Shown: positions 10,603 to 21,558, counted from the first letter of the stretch. The stretch is 64,000 nucleotides of DNA from Nitrospirales bacterium (GCA_963422365.1 OY729426.1:288001-352000), one strand, 5' to 3'. Program-made: numbers and translations. Notes: generated by a model from the letters alone, not told the origin.

Positions 10603-11183
10603 ACCGTTTGACTCAATCCGATCTCCTCTCCCAGGCAGACTATGCGGTGCAACGCACGAAGTTTCGCCAAGAGATTATTGCCCTCAAAAAACGACGCCGG
10701 ATTGAAGTCGGTCCTTTGGTCACGCTGGTTTTTGAGAATCGGCAGACGCTTCTTTTTCAAATTCAGGAAATGATTCGCGCCGAACGCATTGTTGAGCCGT
10801 CGAAAATTCAGGATGAACTTGATGTGTACAATGCTCTTCTTCCTCAAACGGGTGAATTCAGTGCCACCGTGATGATTGAAATTACGACTCAGGAGCACAT
10901 CAAAGAAATCTTGGACTCCTTTCAGCATTTCGACCGAGCAGACACTCTGGCTCTTACCGTTCAGGACCAAGCCGTGTTTGCCGATTTCGAAGCCGGCCAT
11001 AGCAAGGAGGATAAAATAAGTGCGGTTCATTTTGTCCGGTTTATGGTTCCTCCGTCTTTTCTGGAAGCGCTTAAAGAAGATGGGGCTCATGCCGGCATTC
11101 GGATTACCCATGAGAACTATAGAGCAGAGGCTCAAGTCCCCCCTGCCATGCAAGAAGAGTGGCTGAAAGACCTGGAGGCCTAA
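10599..11183 (+). CDS. DUF3501 family protein
   Basis: KKRRRIEVGP..FEN..Q(I)QEMIRAE, SAVHFVRF; conserved context. Confidence 0.85.
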   Translation: MNRLTQSDLLSQADYAVQRTKFRQEIIALKKRRRIEVGPLVTLVFENRQTLLFQIQEMIRAERIVEPSKIQDELDVYNALLPQTGEFSATVMIEITTQEHIKEILDSFQHFDRADTLALTVQDQAVFADFEAGHSKEDKISAVHFVRFMVPPSFLEALKEDGAHAGIRITHENYRAEAQVPPAMQEEWLKDLEA

Positions 11184-11333
11184 TTGTCGTTATTTTTTCA
11201 GATTTTTCCTTCGACAAATTGACAACCGTGAGGAGGGATGGTTATCATCAACATGAATTAGGAGAAAGTTCTGGTTTTTTGAGAATCTGGAAAACACGAT
11301 ACCTATTCATCTCATAGTTGAGGGGAGGGATTT

Positions 11334-11657
11334 ATGGTCACTATCACGACACTTGCCGAAGAAAAAATTAAAGAGTTGATACACGATGAAGAATCCGATG
11401 TCATCGGATTACGGATCTATGTCAAGGGCGGCGGTTGCAGCGGCTATCAATATGGGATGTCCTTTGAATCCAAAATGGATGACGATGACACAGTGATTGA
11501 AAAAGGCGAGGTCAAAGTTATTGTGGATTCGCAAAGTGCCCCTATGCTGAGTGGTGCGGAAGTCGATTATGTCGATAGCCTGCAAGGCTCAGGGTTTGCG
11601 ATTAAAAACCCACAAGCCAAAAGCACGTGCGGTTGCGGCAGCTCCTTTAGTACCTGA
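11334..11657 (+). CDS. erpA: A-type Fe-S carrier ErpA
   Basis: GGGCSGYQY, NPQAKSTCGCGSSF. Confidence 0.88.
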   Translation: MVTITTLAEEKIKELIHDEESDVIGLRIYVKGGGCSGYQYGMSFESKMDDDDTVIEKGEVKVIVDSQSAPMLSGAEVDYVDSLQGSGFAIKNPQAKSTCGCGSSFST

Positions 11658-11676
11658 CCCCAGCAAGTTCGACCTC

Positions 11677-11728
11677 AAAAAGGCCATGATTCTTGCCTAT
11701 TTTTTTAGGCAGAATTCATGGCCTTTTT
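11677..11728. terminator. Bidirectional terminator-like hairpin
   Basis: AAAAAGGCCATGA...TGCCTA-T6-TAGGCA...TCATGGCCTTTTT. Confidence 0.6.
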
Positions 11729-11756
11729 CTTCAGAGCCGGTTTCCTTTCATTGAGC

Positions 11757-12548
11757 ATGGCAAGATCAACCCTCACGAAACGAATAGAATTTTCTGCTTC
11801 CCACCGGTATTTCAAAGCCGAGTGGGACAAGGCTCGCAATAAAAAGGTCTTCGGCCTTTGTTCTCAGGAGCATGGGCACAATTATCTCCTTGAAGTGACC
11901 CTTGGTGGACGGGTCGATCCTGTCACGGGCATGATTATCAATTTGTATGACCTTAAAGAAATCGTGACGGACGTGCTCGAAGAATTCGACCACAAACACC
12001 TCAATTTCGATACACCCTACTTTGAACATCTTGTCCCCACCACTGAAAATCTCGCCTTGGTGCTGTGGAGGAAATTCCGCGAGCGCCCCGAGACCCAAGA
12101 CATCGAATCGATACGGCTTTGTGAAGGGGAAAACCTCTGTGCCGAGATCTATCCGCCGAACAAGACCGACCCGGCATCAAGGGAACATGCGGAACCGCCC
12201 GAAGCCCTGATGACTCGTCGGTACGCCCTGACGGCAAATCGAAACTCTGCCTCTTCCCACGTGGAAACGTGGCCCCTTTCTATGGACGTCACGGTTCGAG
12301 GCCCGATTGATCCCATGACGGGTCGCATCACGGATATCTCGGCGTTAGACCAGCGGGTACAAAACCAGGTCCTCAACGTCTTGACGGGAACGAATTTGTC
12401 CCAACACCCACAAATTGTTTCCCAGCCGGTGACCTTGTCCACCTTGGCCAAAGTCCTGTGGTCCCAATTAGGCGACGTTGCAGGTGGGCGTCTCGAACGA
12501 CTCAGGCTTGAAGATCATCATGGACTGATCCTAGACTATTCGGAATAG
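11757..12548 (+). CDS. queD: 6-carboxytetrahydropterin/6-pyruvoyl-tetrahydropterin synthase, two-domain (second domain degenerate)
   Basis: FSASHR, HGHNY, PTTENL; second domain VTVRGPIDPMTG lacks the His motifs. Confidence 0.75.
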   Translation: MARSTLTKRIEFSASHRYFKAEWDKARNKKVFGLCSQEHGHNYLLEVTLGGRVDPVTGMIINLYDLKEIVTDVLEEFDHKHLNFDTPYFEHLVPTTENLALVLWRKFRERPETQDIESIRLCEGENLCAEIYPPNKTDPASREHAEPPEALMTRRYALTANRNSASSHVETWPLSMDVTVRGPIDPMTGRITDISALDQRVQNQVLNVLTGTNLSQHPQIVSQPVTLSTLAKVLWSQLGDVAGGRLERLRLEDHHGLILDYSE

Positions 12549-12850
12549 TCATCCACAGTGGCCCGAAAGGTCAACGGCATCGGTTACGCATCCACGGAAA
12601 CTGTCTTGACGTCATTCTCAAGCACAGAAATCTTCGCCTCCGGATTGCGTAGCTCAACCTTTCGTTTAAAGTCGACTGCACTGGTCTCCGGCGCATTGTA
12701 TTTCGGGAATCTCATCTTCTAATACTGCATGGCGTTCCAACGCTTCGCTGGAGTCCGGGGAACACAGCAACGAGAGCACGTGGCAAGGTCGGTGTTGTGG
12801 AAAAATACATCGCCTGAACAATGTTGCTCAGGATGCGTTAGGCTGAACCC

Positions 12851-13762
12851 TCAAGACGTGCTCGGGGCGACAGGTGGTTCGTTCTTCCGACTTCGTCCTG
12901 CCCCCGGCGGTTCGTCCTCGCGGATTCGCCAGAAGACAGGAAATCGCGGTTTGCCCTTGGAGGTGAATCCCTGGTGTCTGAAGGTAATGGTGGCGCCGAG
13001 GGGCGGCGGGGTCTTACGCTCGTCGTCGGAAAATCCGCTGCCGATCTTGACGGTGATTCCACCCATGGTTCGCACGGTGACGCTGCCCATCAGTCCGGCC
13101 AACCGTCCCTTGCCGGGATTGTGGGCGATGACGATGCCTTCCGCGTCGTCGAATCGTTTCAGTTTCAATAAATCCATGCCGCGCCCGCCGTGGTAGCGCG
13201 AGTTGCCGCGGTGCAGCATCAGTCCTTCACCGCCGATGGAGGTGACGGTGTCCAGTTTTTTTAACAGCGACGGGTGGTCGGCGATTTTTGTCTGGGCGAC
13301 GACGGCGAGAAACTCGCTCTGCGACACGGCGGTGACGTCACGCAGTTTTTGCAGGCGCACGTCGAACACCCCTGGGTCTTCAGGCAGGTCAAAGACCATG
13401 TAGCGCACCCGGCGCCACCCGGCGTGCGGGACACCACGGGTGACGATGGAGACCGTCTCTTCAAACTGCCTGCGCCCAATCCACAATTCACCGTCCAGCG
13501 CGACCAGCGGAAAACCTGCAGTAAACCAGGACGGTGTCGCGAACGCGTTGCCGCCGCGCGAAATCAGCCGCTCGCCGTCCCAAAACGCCCTCACCCCATC
13601 CAGCTTTTCGCTTACCCAATAGGCGGAAAGGTCAATGTCCTGTCGATATTTTTCGGCGAGCAGAAGATCGGTCTTTTTCCCATCGACAACCGGTGAGGCA
13701 AGCAAAAGCACGGCGACAACGAGGGCGAAGAACACGTGCAGCCGGCAAAACAGGCGTGTCAT
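12851..13762 (-). CDS. Minimal ATP-dependent DNA ligase with signal peptide (Lig E type)
   Basis: SEKLDGVRA, LDGELW, EGLML, LLKLK, PRFP; hydrophobic N-terminus from ATG 13762. Confidence 0.88.
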   Translation of the reverse strand: MTRLFCRLHVFFALVVAVLLLASPVVDGKKTDLLLAEKYRQDIDLSAYWVSEKLDGVRAFWDGERLISRGGNAFATPSWFTAGFPLVALDGELWIGRRQFEETVSIVTRGVPHAGWRRVRYMVFDLPEDPGVFDVRLQKLRDVTAVSQSEFLAVVAQTKIADHPSLLKKLDTVTSIGGEGLMLHRGNSRYHGGRGMDLLKLKRFDDAEGIVIAHNPGKGRLAGLMGSVTVRTMGGITVKIGSGFSDDERKTPPPLGATITFRHQGFTSKGKPRFPVFWRIREDEPPGAGRSRKNEPPVAPSTS

Positions 13763-14049
13763 CTCTGGATTTTTCTGTTCTCTTCCTTTGACAGATGAGT
13801 TCAGTCTAAATGGCAACGGCTTCTTCATGCAGCACAGAACAGCGGCCGGACCCCATGGATATGCAAGCGAAGGTAGGAGAAGGCATTGTAGAGCGAATCC
13901 CTCGGGCACGCAACGCCTCTGAGCACGCCCTTGTCCCCCGCGCGCTGTCGGTTGGCATCCCCTCGATGACCATGACGTTGAGGCACAAAAAACATCCCGT
14001 CCGGCAGAACCTTTCCTTTTCCTCAAGCGTTGGGTAGCATTCGGCCCAC

Positions 14050-16026
14050 ATGAGCAACGGAGACCTTCATTGGATCGCCAATTTTATCTGGGGTATTGCG
14101 GACGACGTGCTGCGGGACGTCTACGTCCGTGGGAAATATCGGGACGTGATTCTTCCGATGGTGGTCATTCGCCGACTCGACGCCGTGCTGGAACCGACCA
14201 AACAGGCGGTATTGCACATGAACCACACACTCGACAAAGCAGCCGTTGCCAACAAGGACGCCGCTCTGCGGCAGGCCGCGGGACAAGCCTTTTACAATGC
14301 CTCACCGTTCACGTTGCGCGACCTTCGCGCGCGGGCCAAGTCTCACCAACTCAAGGCGGATTTCGAAGCCTGCCTCGACGGCTTTTCGCCCAACGTTCAA
14401 GAAATTCTCGATACGTTCAAATTCAGAAATCAAATCCCCACACTGGTGGAGGCCGACATCCTCGGCAGCCTCATTGAAAAGTTTTTGGATCACGCCATCA
14501 ATCTGAGTCCACAACCCGTTCGCCATCCAGATGGCTCTGAACGCTTGCCGGCGCTGGATAACCACGCGATGGGCACCATCTTCGAAGAGCTGATTCGGCG
14601 GTTCAACGAAGAGAACAATGAAGAAGCCGGCGAGCATTTCACCCCGCGGGACGTGGTCACACTCATGGCGGAACTCATCGTTCGCCCCATTGCCGACCAC
14701 GTCGAATCAGGAACCTATCTCGTATACGACGGGGCTTGTGGAACAGGCGGGATGCTGACCGTCGCCGAGCAACGACTGCGTGAGTTGGCTAAAGAGCACG
14801 GCAAAGAAGCATCAATCCACCTCTTCGGTCAGGAGGTCAATCCGGAGCACTACGCCATCACCAAAGCCGATCTTCTGCTGAAGGGTGAAGGAGAAGAAGC
14901 CGAACATTTCGGCCTTGGATCAACCCTCTCGCAGGATAGCTTCCCAACCCGCGAGTTCGACTTCATGCTCTCGAATCCGCCGTATGGCAAAAGCTGGAAG
15001 ACCGATCTCGAACGAATGGGTGGAAAGAACGACATCAACGATCCCCGCTTCCTCATCGAACACGCAGGCGATCCGGCGTTCAGCCTCATCACGCGCTCAA
15101 GCGACGGGCAACTCATGTTCCTCGTGAACAAGCTGGCCAAGATGAAACACAACACGCCGCTCGGCAGCCGCATTGCCGAAGTCCACAACGGTTCATCGCT
15201 CTTCACCGGCGACGCGGGCCAGGGCGAGAGCAACATCCGCCGCCGGATCATCGAGAACGACTGGCTGGAAGCCATCATCGCCCTGCCGCTGAATATGTTC
15301 TACAACACCGGCATTGCCACCTATATTTGGGTGTTGACAAATCGCAAACCCTCGCACCGCAAGGGCACGGTGCAACTCATCGACGGCACCAAGTGGTATC
15401 GGCCGCTGCGCAAGAACCTCGGAAAGAAAAACTGTGAGCTGTCGGAGAACGACATCCGACGCATCTGCGACACGTTTCTCGCATTCGAGGGCACCGAACA
15501 GTCGAAGATCTTCCCGAACAACGCATTCGGGTATTCGAAGGTGACCGTGGAGCAGCCGCTGCGCCTTGCGGGCATCGACCACGACCGGGTCTACACAGCC
15601 AAGGAAATCAAGGCGCTCAAAGAGAAGGCCAAGCGACTGGAGACCGCGCCTCCGATCATCAGAAAAATCCACAAGAAGGGAACCGATCCCGACCCGTTGC
15701 ATGGCTTGTTCGAGACCGCCATCGCTGGTCAGTCAGCCGTCGTCGAATACGAGCCCGACGCTGACCTGCGCGATACCGAGCAGATCCCGCTGTTGGAGGA
15801 AGGCGGCATTGAAGCATTTCTTCGCCGAGAGGTATTGCCCTACGCACCCGACGCCTGGTACGACCCGGCCAGCGTCAAGATCGGCTACGAGATCAGCTTC
15901 ACCCGCCACTTCTACAAGCCCACGCCCATGCGCACGCCGGAGGAAATCCTCGCGGATATTCTGGCAGTAGAGAAGGAAACGGAGGGGCTGTTGGATGAGA
16001 TCATCGGGAGGAGTGGGAAGCCATGA
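14050..16026 (+). CDS. hsdM: Type I R-M methyltransferase subunit (locus 1)
   Basis: AGEHFTPR, YDGACGTGGML, SNPPYG, GYEISFTRHFY tail. Confidence 0.95.
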   Translation: MSNGDLHWIANFIWGIADDVLRDVYVRGKYRDVILPMVVIRRLDAVLEPTKQAVLHMNHTLDKAAVANKDAALRQAAGQAFYNASPFTLRDLRARAKSHQLKADFEACLDGFSPNVQEILDTFKFRNQIPTLVEADILGSLIEKFLDHAINLSPQPVRHPDGSERLPALDNHAMGTIFEELIRRFNEENNEEAGEHFTPRDVVTLMAELIVRPIADHVESGTYLVYDGACGTGGMLTVAEQRLRELAKEHGKEASIHLFGQEVNPEHYAITKADLLLKGEGEEAEHFGLGSTLSQDSFPTREFDFMLSNPPYGKSWKTDLERMGGKNDINDPRFLIEHAGDPAFSLITRSSDGQLMFLVNKLAKMKHNTPLGSRIAEVHNGSSLFTGDAGQGESNIRRRIIENDWLEAIIALPLNMFYNTGIATYIWVLTNRKPSHRKGTVQLIDGTKWYRPLRKNLGKKNCELSENDIRRICDTFLAFEGTEQSKIFPNNAFGYSKVTVEQPLRLAGIDHDRVYTAKEIKALKEKAKRLETAPPIIRKIHKKGTDPDPLHGLFETAIAGQSAVVEYEPDADLRDTEQIPLLEEGGIEAFLRREVLPYAPDAWYDPASVKIGYEISFTRHFYKPTPMRTPEEILADILAVEKETEGLLDEIIGRSGKP

Positions 16027-16029
16027 ACA

Positions 16030-16200
16030 CTCAATTTACTTGCAGGAACACTTTGTTATTTAAATTTTATTCGTAAAAATTAAACAACATGATGGTTTAT
16101 TCAAAAAATATTAATAATGATTAGATTTCACTTCATTATTAAATTTTTATACTATAAAGTTAAATATGTGGATTTATTTTTAAGAAAACTTCAATAGTGG
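16030..16200. promoter_or_regulatory. Very AT-rich spacer upstream of fic, probable promoter/operator region
   Basis: Abrupt AT-rich tract inside GC-rich locus; partly repeated at 18556-18618. Confidence 0.4.
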
Positions 16201-16209
16201 TTATTCATC

Positions 16210-17363
16210 ATGGAGCGCGGAGAAATCGGCAGATACGAGAGCACGAGTACTGGAGGCGAGCAAGTTCGTGCCTTCGTGCCGGCTCCGCTACCGCCGGTTC
16301 CTACCTTGGCACTGGACGGTTCGTTGCAGCAGACGCTCGAAGCGGCAACGCTCGCCATCGGGCGGCTGGACGCCATCTCGACGCTCCTGCCGGACGAGGC
16401 ACTCTTTCTCTACGCCTGCGTGCGCAAGGAGGCGGTGCTCTCTTCCCAGATCGAGGGGACGCAGTCGTCGCTGTCAGATCTCTTGCTCTTTGAACTGGAT
16501 GAAGTGCCCGGGGTTCGGCTTGATGACGTGGTCGAAGTCTCGCCGCACTTGAACACGGTTTGCCCCGCCTGCGGGAGAATTTTCCGCTATCGAATCGATT
16601 GATCCGTGAGATTCACGGTGTGCTGCTGTCGCGCGGTCGGGGCAGCGATAAAAATCCCGGTGAGTTCCGCCACTCGCAAAACTGGATCGGTGGAACCCGG
16701 CCAGGCAATGCCGCTTTCGTGCCGCCACCACATACCACCGTGCCCGACTGCATGGCAGCGTTCGAGCACTTTCTTCACGCCAGCGATGACGGGCTGCCCG
16801 TGCTGATTCGAACAGGGCTTGCACATGTGCAGTTCGAGACCGTTCATCCCTTCCTTGACGGGAACGGACGGATGGGAAGACTGCTCATCACATTCCTATT
16901 GTGCCAGGCTAAAGTAGTACTGAGGCCACTCCTGTATTTGAGCCTGTATTTCAAGCAGCACAGGGAGCGCTATTACGAGCTATTGACCCATGTGCGCGAC
17001 ACCGGCGATTGGGAAGCATGGCTCGCGTTCTTTCTTGAGGGAGTGCAAGTGACTGCTGAGGGCGAGGTCATTGTGTCTCGTCGCCTGTCGGAAATGTTCG
17101 CGTCGGATCGGACGGCCATAGAGCAACAAGGCCACCGCGTTGGCTCGACATTGCGCGTACATGAAGCGCTGAAGAAGCAGCCGATTTTGTCCTTGTCCTG
17201 GATTTGTAACCGCACCAAGCTCTCCTTCCCCGCCGCTTCCTCGGCGATGCAACTGCTCGTTGAACAAGGAATCACGCGTGAGCTGACCGGAAAGTCCCAC
17301 AACCGGCTGTTCGCCTACGACCAGTACCTCTCCATCCTCAACGAAGGGACCGAGGGGCCGTGA
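16210..17363 (+). pseudogene. Fic-family protein, frameshifted near 16540
   Basis: EAVLSSQIEGTQ in first ORF, HPFLDGNGRMGR in second; small deletion at VEVS-AALEHG. Confidence 0.85.
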
Positions 17364-17480
17364 TGTCGGGTATGACCCCCAACCCTACCCCAACTACAAA
17401 CCCTCCGGCCTGTTTGCACTTGCCTGCGCGGGGCGTACCAGCAGGTGCAGCCACGCACAGGCGGCTGGGCGATGTGGCCA
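17363..17480 (+). pseudogene. hsdS 5'-end remnant
   Basis: QPYPNYKPSG...LGDV mirrors PYRTYKPSGVEWLGDM of the intact hsdS. Confidence 0.65.
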
Positions 17481-17563
17481 ACGCCACGCAGCGGCAGGAT
17501 TGACCACTTGGCAATAATGTGTGACATTCATACACATAATGATAGAGAGGATAGAGATACGCC

Positions 17564-17839
17564 ATGGCCAGAGTTCAGTTGGTAATCCCTGATGAAGACC
17601 GCGACCGGTTCGTCCATCAGGCGCGTAGGGAAGGCATGACGTTTAGCGCGTGGCTGAGGGCCGCCGCCCGTGAACGGCTCGAAGAACGGCAACGCTCGAA
17701 ACGCTTCGAGTCACCGGCACATCCGGAGGAGTTCTTCCGAGCGTGCAACGCACTGGAAGGTCCAAAGGGCGAACCGGAATGGGACGAGCACTTGAGCGCA
17801 ATCGCTGAGTCGCGGCGGCGGAACACAGCCAACACATGA
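17564..17839 (+). CDS. Antitoxin (RHH/CopG-like) of VapBC pair
   Basis: MARVQLVIPDEDRDRF...SAWLRAAA; stop overlaps toxin start. Confidence 0.7.
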   Translation: MARVQLVIPDEDRDRFVHQARREGMTFSAWLRAAARERLEERQRSKRFESPAHPEEFFRACNALEGPKGEPEWDEHLSAIAESRRRNTANT

Positions 17840-18245
17840 TATTCGTCGATACGAATGTCTTCATGTACGCGGTAGGGCAGCCGCATCCGCTGCATCCGCT
17901 GCAAGCGCCCGCCAGGGATTTCTTCGCCGAGTCCAACCGGAGTCGCACCCCGCTCGGCACATCGGCGGAGGTCTGCAGGAGTTGGCCCATGCCTATCTGC
18001 CGGTCGGCAGAGTTCAGACGCTTGATGCGGCCATGGCGCTGGTGGTCAGAGCCGGTGTCCAAGTGTGGCCGCTGGAAGAAGCGGATGTGACGCTGGCGAA
18101 GAAACTCCACGACCAGTATCCCGCGCTGGGCGCCAGAGACCTCTGCCATCTCGCGAGTTGCCGACGGCGCGGCGTGAGAGAAATCATGACCTTCGACCAA
18201 GACCTTGGCGCCGCGGGTTCGAAGCCGGCAAGCAAGCGTGCATAA
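17836..18245 (+). pseudogene. vapC: VapC PIN toxin, frameshifted near 17970
   Basis: MIFVDTNVFMYA, TSAEV/LQEL, ARDLCHLA, TFD. Confidence 0.8.
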
Positions 18246-18266
18246 ACAGCGCCATCGAGGACAGCC

Positions 18267-18540
18267 TTGACGAACCAGCTTCAAATATACCCTGCCTGCA
18301 AGCCCTCAGACATCCGGTTGCTCGACGGAGGTATCAATGGCTTCCTGCGCCATGAGATGCTGACCTACGCTCCCGACGCCAAGTACGACCAGGCAACCAG
18401 CTTCAAGACAGGCTATGAGATCAGCTTCACGCGCCACTTCTACAAGCCGATGCCAATGAGTCCGCTGGAGGAGATACGACCTGACATCCTGGTGCTGGAG
18501 AAAGAGACCGGAGGAGTTGTTGGATGAGATTATCGACTGA
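18267..18540 (+). pseudogene. Chimeric remnant: hsdS 5' start plus duplicated hsdM 3' end
   Basis: LQIYPACKPS followed by GGINGFLRHEMLTYAPDA...GYEISFTRHFYKPMPM..LEEI..DIL.LEKET, matching 15800-16010. Confidence 0.85.
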
Positions 18541-18665
18541 TAGAGCGGTGATACCATTATTAAACATAAACTTTAATAAGAATGGATTTCGCTTACATGT
18601 TAAATGTTTTCTTTACTAATAGCTTCAGAGTGCCGTTGTCGGGAAAATAGCAGAAGAGACAGAAA

Positions 18666-20086
18666 ATGAGTGAAAACCAACCGATAACCGAAGACCTCAA
18701 AAAAGCGTTGTCGCTGAAATGGCCGGAACCCGCAATTTCGCCTGAACAACCGTGGTCCGATGATGCTATGGAGCGTGCCAAGGTTGGCGTAGCCTTGACC
18801 AATCTCATCCGCAATCAGTCGGGCCCATTAGCCATCAGTTTGAACGGGCAGTGGGGAACAGGCAAAACGTTTTTGCTCAAGCGTTGGCAGGAAGCATTGA
18901 AAAGTGGCAACTTCGCGTGCATCTACTTCAACGCGTGGGAAGACGATTTTTGCGACGACCCTTTCGTCGCACTCATCGGACAATTATCGGATTCCTTCGA
19001 GAAAGACCCGTATAAAGAAATAGTCGGCACAATCAAGAAGGCCGCCAAATTTCTGCTCGTCAAAAACATTCAGGGAGTTTTGAAGTTTACCGGTTTCACC
19101 ATTCCTGATGACCTTCCGGAGCAGCTCGCGGACAAGACGCTGAAAGCGTATTCGGAGCAAAGAAAAAACAAGGAAGCGCTCAAAACATCGTTGCAGGAAC
19201 TATCCGCCAAAGTAAAAGAAACAACCAAAAGCCCGCTCGTTTTTATCATCGATGAGCTTGACCGGTGCCGCCCGACCTTCGCCGTCGAACTACTGGAAAG
19301 AGTTAAACACGTCTTCGACATCGACAACATGGTTTTCGTTTTCGGTGTCAATCGCGATGAGTTGTGTTCGTCAATCAAGTCAATCTACGGAGAAATTGAT
19401 GCAGACGTGTATCTCCGTCGCTTCTTCGATATGGAGTTCCAATTGCCGGAAGCGAATTCGGAAACGTTTGCAGGCACTTGATCGAGCGATACGGACTCGA
19501 AGAGTTCTTTTCCAAACTGAGCAATAGTGCTGAAAACTCAGTCCATCGGAACGATTTCCGTGAGTTTCATGCTTTCTTCCCTCGTTTTTGCAGCCGCTTG
19601 GATCTGTCCCTTCGGGATATCGATTACTGCATCAGGTCTATGGCTCTCGTCGGGAAGAATATCCAGGAAAAGTTATTTATGTATCCATATCTCCTCGGCG
19701 TGCTGATTGTCTTGCGCTTGAAGAATCAACCTCTTTACTGGCGATTCATGACCGGGGAAGCACATGGTGCTGAGGTCATGGACTCTATCAACGAACTGGG
19801 TTTTCGTGCCGACGTGGACGACGATTTGAAACAGAGCCTTCTCTGGGTTGAGGTCGATTTATATCGCACGGATGATCACACGCAGGTTACCGACCAACTA
19901 GAGCTTCTGAAAGAAGGGAAACCATTGACGCATCCCGAATATTTGTCCGAGAAGACCAGAGACAGAAAATTATGGAAGGGACAAGACTTGGAAAAAATTT
20001 TAAAGAGCATGCCTTATCATGTACCAGGTCCTACAAAAAACACGATTCGATACCTTGGCGGCTTAATTGAACTTTTCCGACAATGA
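18666..20086 (+). pseudogene. KAP-family P-loop NTPase, frameshifted near 19468
   Basis: GQWGTGKT, FNAWE, FIIDELDRCRP, YLRRFFD; frame restored by adding one T in a T-run, so may be a sequencing error. Confidence 0.8.
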
Positions 20087-21495
20087 TGGAACAAAAGCAA
20101 CAAACCATGAAGCTAACACCCTATCGCACCTACAAGCCCTCCGGTGTGGAGTGGCTCGGGGACATGCCGGCACATTGGGAGGTGCGGCGGTTGAAGCAGG
20201 TTGCTTCGCTGAATCCTAGCAGAATAGAAGCGCGTACTTCTCTTGTGGCAAAGACATCCGTAACATTTCTCCCGATGGAAAGAGTAGCTCCAGACGGGCG
20301 AATTGACTCACGGGAAGTACTGGCTGCATTCCACGTCTGGAATGGCTTCACGTACTTCCGGCGAGACGATGTTCTTGTTGCCAAGATTACACCGTGCTTC
20401 GAGAATGGCAAAGGTGCCTGCTTGGAATCATTGCCCACCGAAATAGGCTTCGGGTCAACCGAGTTTCACGTTCTGAGAGGCAAGTCCTCAATTTCGCCCC
20501 AATTTCTCTATCGTCTAACCACAGTTTCCGAGTTTCGCAGGCTGGGAGCAGAGACAATGAACGGTGCTGCCGGTCAGCAGCGAGTGCCTGCGGACTTTGT
20601 AGCCAACTACCCTATCCCCCTTCCACCCCTCCCCGAACAGACCGCCATCGTCCGTTATCTTGACCACGCTGACGGGCGGATACGCCGCTACATTGACGCC
20701 AAGCAGAAGCTCATCCGGCTGCTGGAGGAGGAAAAGCAAGCCGTCATTCACCACGCCGTCACCCGCGGCCTGCCTGCCGAAGCTGCGGCGCAGGCAGGCC
20801 TTGATCCCAACATCCGTCTTAAGCCCTCCGGCGTGGAGTGGCTCGGGGACGTGCCGGCGCATTGGGAGGTGCGGCGGTTGAAGCAGGTTGCTTCGCTGAA
20901 TCCTAGCAGAATAGAAGCGCGTACTTCTCTTGTGGCAAAGACATCCGTAACATTTCTCCCGATGGAAAGAGTAGCTCCAGACGGGCGAATTGACTCACGG
21001 GAAGTACTGGCTGCATTCCACGTCTGGAATGGCTTCACGTACTTCCGGCGAGACGATGTTCTTGTTGCCAAGATTACACCGTGCTTCGAGAATGGCAAAG
21101 GTGCCTGCTTGGAATCATTGCCCACCGAAATAGGCTTCGGGTCAACCGAGTTTCACGTTCTGAGAGGCAAGTCCTCAATTTCGCCCCAATTTCTCTATCG
21201 TCTAACCACAGTTTCCGAGTTTCGCAGGCTGGGAGCAGAGACAATGAACGGTGCTGCCGGTCAGCAGCGAGTGCCTGCGGACTTTGTAGCCAACTACCCT
21301 ATCCCCCTTCCACCCCTCCCCGAACAGACCGCCATCGTCAAATATCTCGACAAAGCGACCGCCGACATCAACACCGCTATCGCCCGCGCCCGCAGGGAAA
21401 TCGACCTCCTCCGCGAATACCGCACCCGCCTCATCGCCGACGTGGTCACCGGCAAGCTCGACGTGCGCGAGGCCGCGGCGCAACCTCGCCGATGA
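20083..21495 (+). CDS. hsdS: Type I R-M specificity subunit with two identical TRDs (locus 1)
   Basis: KPSGVEWLG..P.HW, PPLPEQ twice, LIADVVTGKLDV. Confidence 0.95.
   Translation: MMEQKQQTMKLTPYRTYKPSGVEWLGDMPAHWEVRRLKQVASLNPSRIEARTSLVAKTSVTFLPMERVAPDGRIDSREVLAAFHVWNGFTYFRRDDVLVAKITPCFENGKGACLESLPTEIGFGSTEFHVLRGKSSISPQFLYRLTTVSEFRRLGAETMNGAAGQQRVPADFVANYPIPLPPLPEQTAIVRYLDHADGRIRRYIDAKQKLIRLLEEEKQAVIHHAVTRGLPAEAAAQAGLDPNIRLKPSGVEWLGDVPAHWEVRRLKQVASLNPSRIEARTSLVAKTSVTFLPMERVAPDGRIDSREVLAAFHVWNGFTYFRRDDVLVAKITPCFENGKGACLESLPTEIGFGSTEFHVLRGKSSISPQFLYRLTTVSEFRRLGAETMNGAAGQQRVPADFVANYPIPLPPLPEQTAIVKYLDKATADINTAIARARREIDLLREYRTRLIADVVTGKLDVREAAAQPRR
20173..21339 (+). repeat. Perfect 480-bp direct repeat (20173-20652 = 20860-21339)
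   Basis: Sequence identical by inspection at offset 687; ORF track shows duplicated peptides. Confidence 0.95.
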
Positions 21496-21558
21496 ACCGG
21501 AGAGCGATGACTTTTCAGGGAACATGCAATACGCAGAAGTAGATGAGGAAGCCCCGTC

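Noticed and set aside
12549..12850. Short minus-strand ORF remnant between queD and the ligase
   Set aside because: About 43 codons with no assignable family
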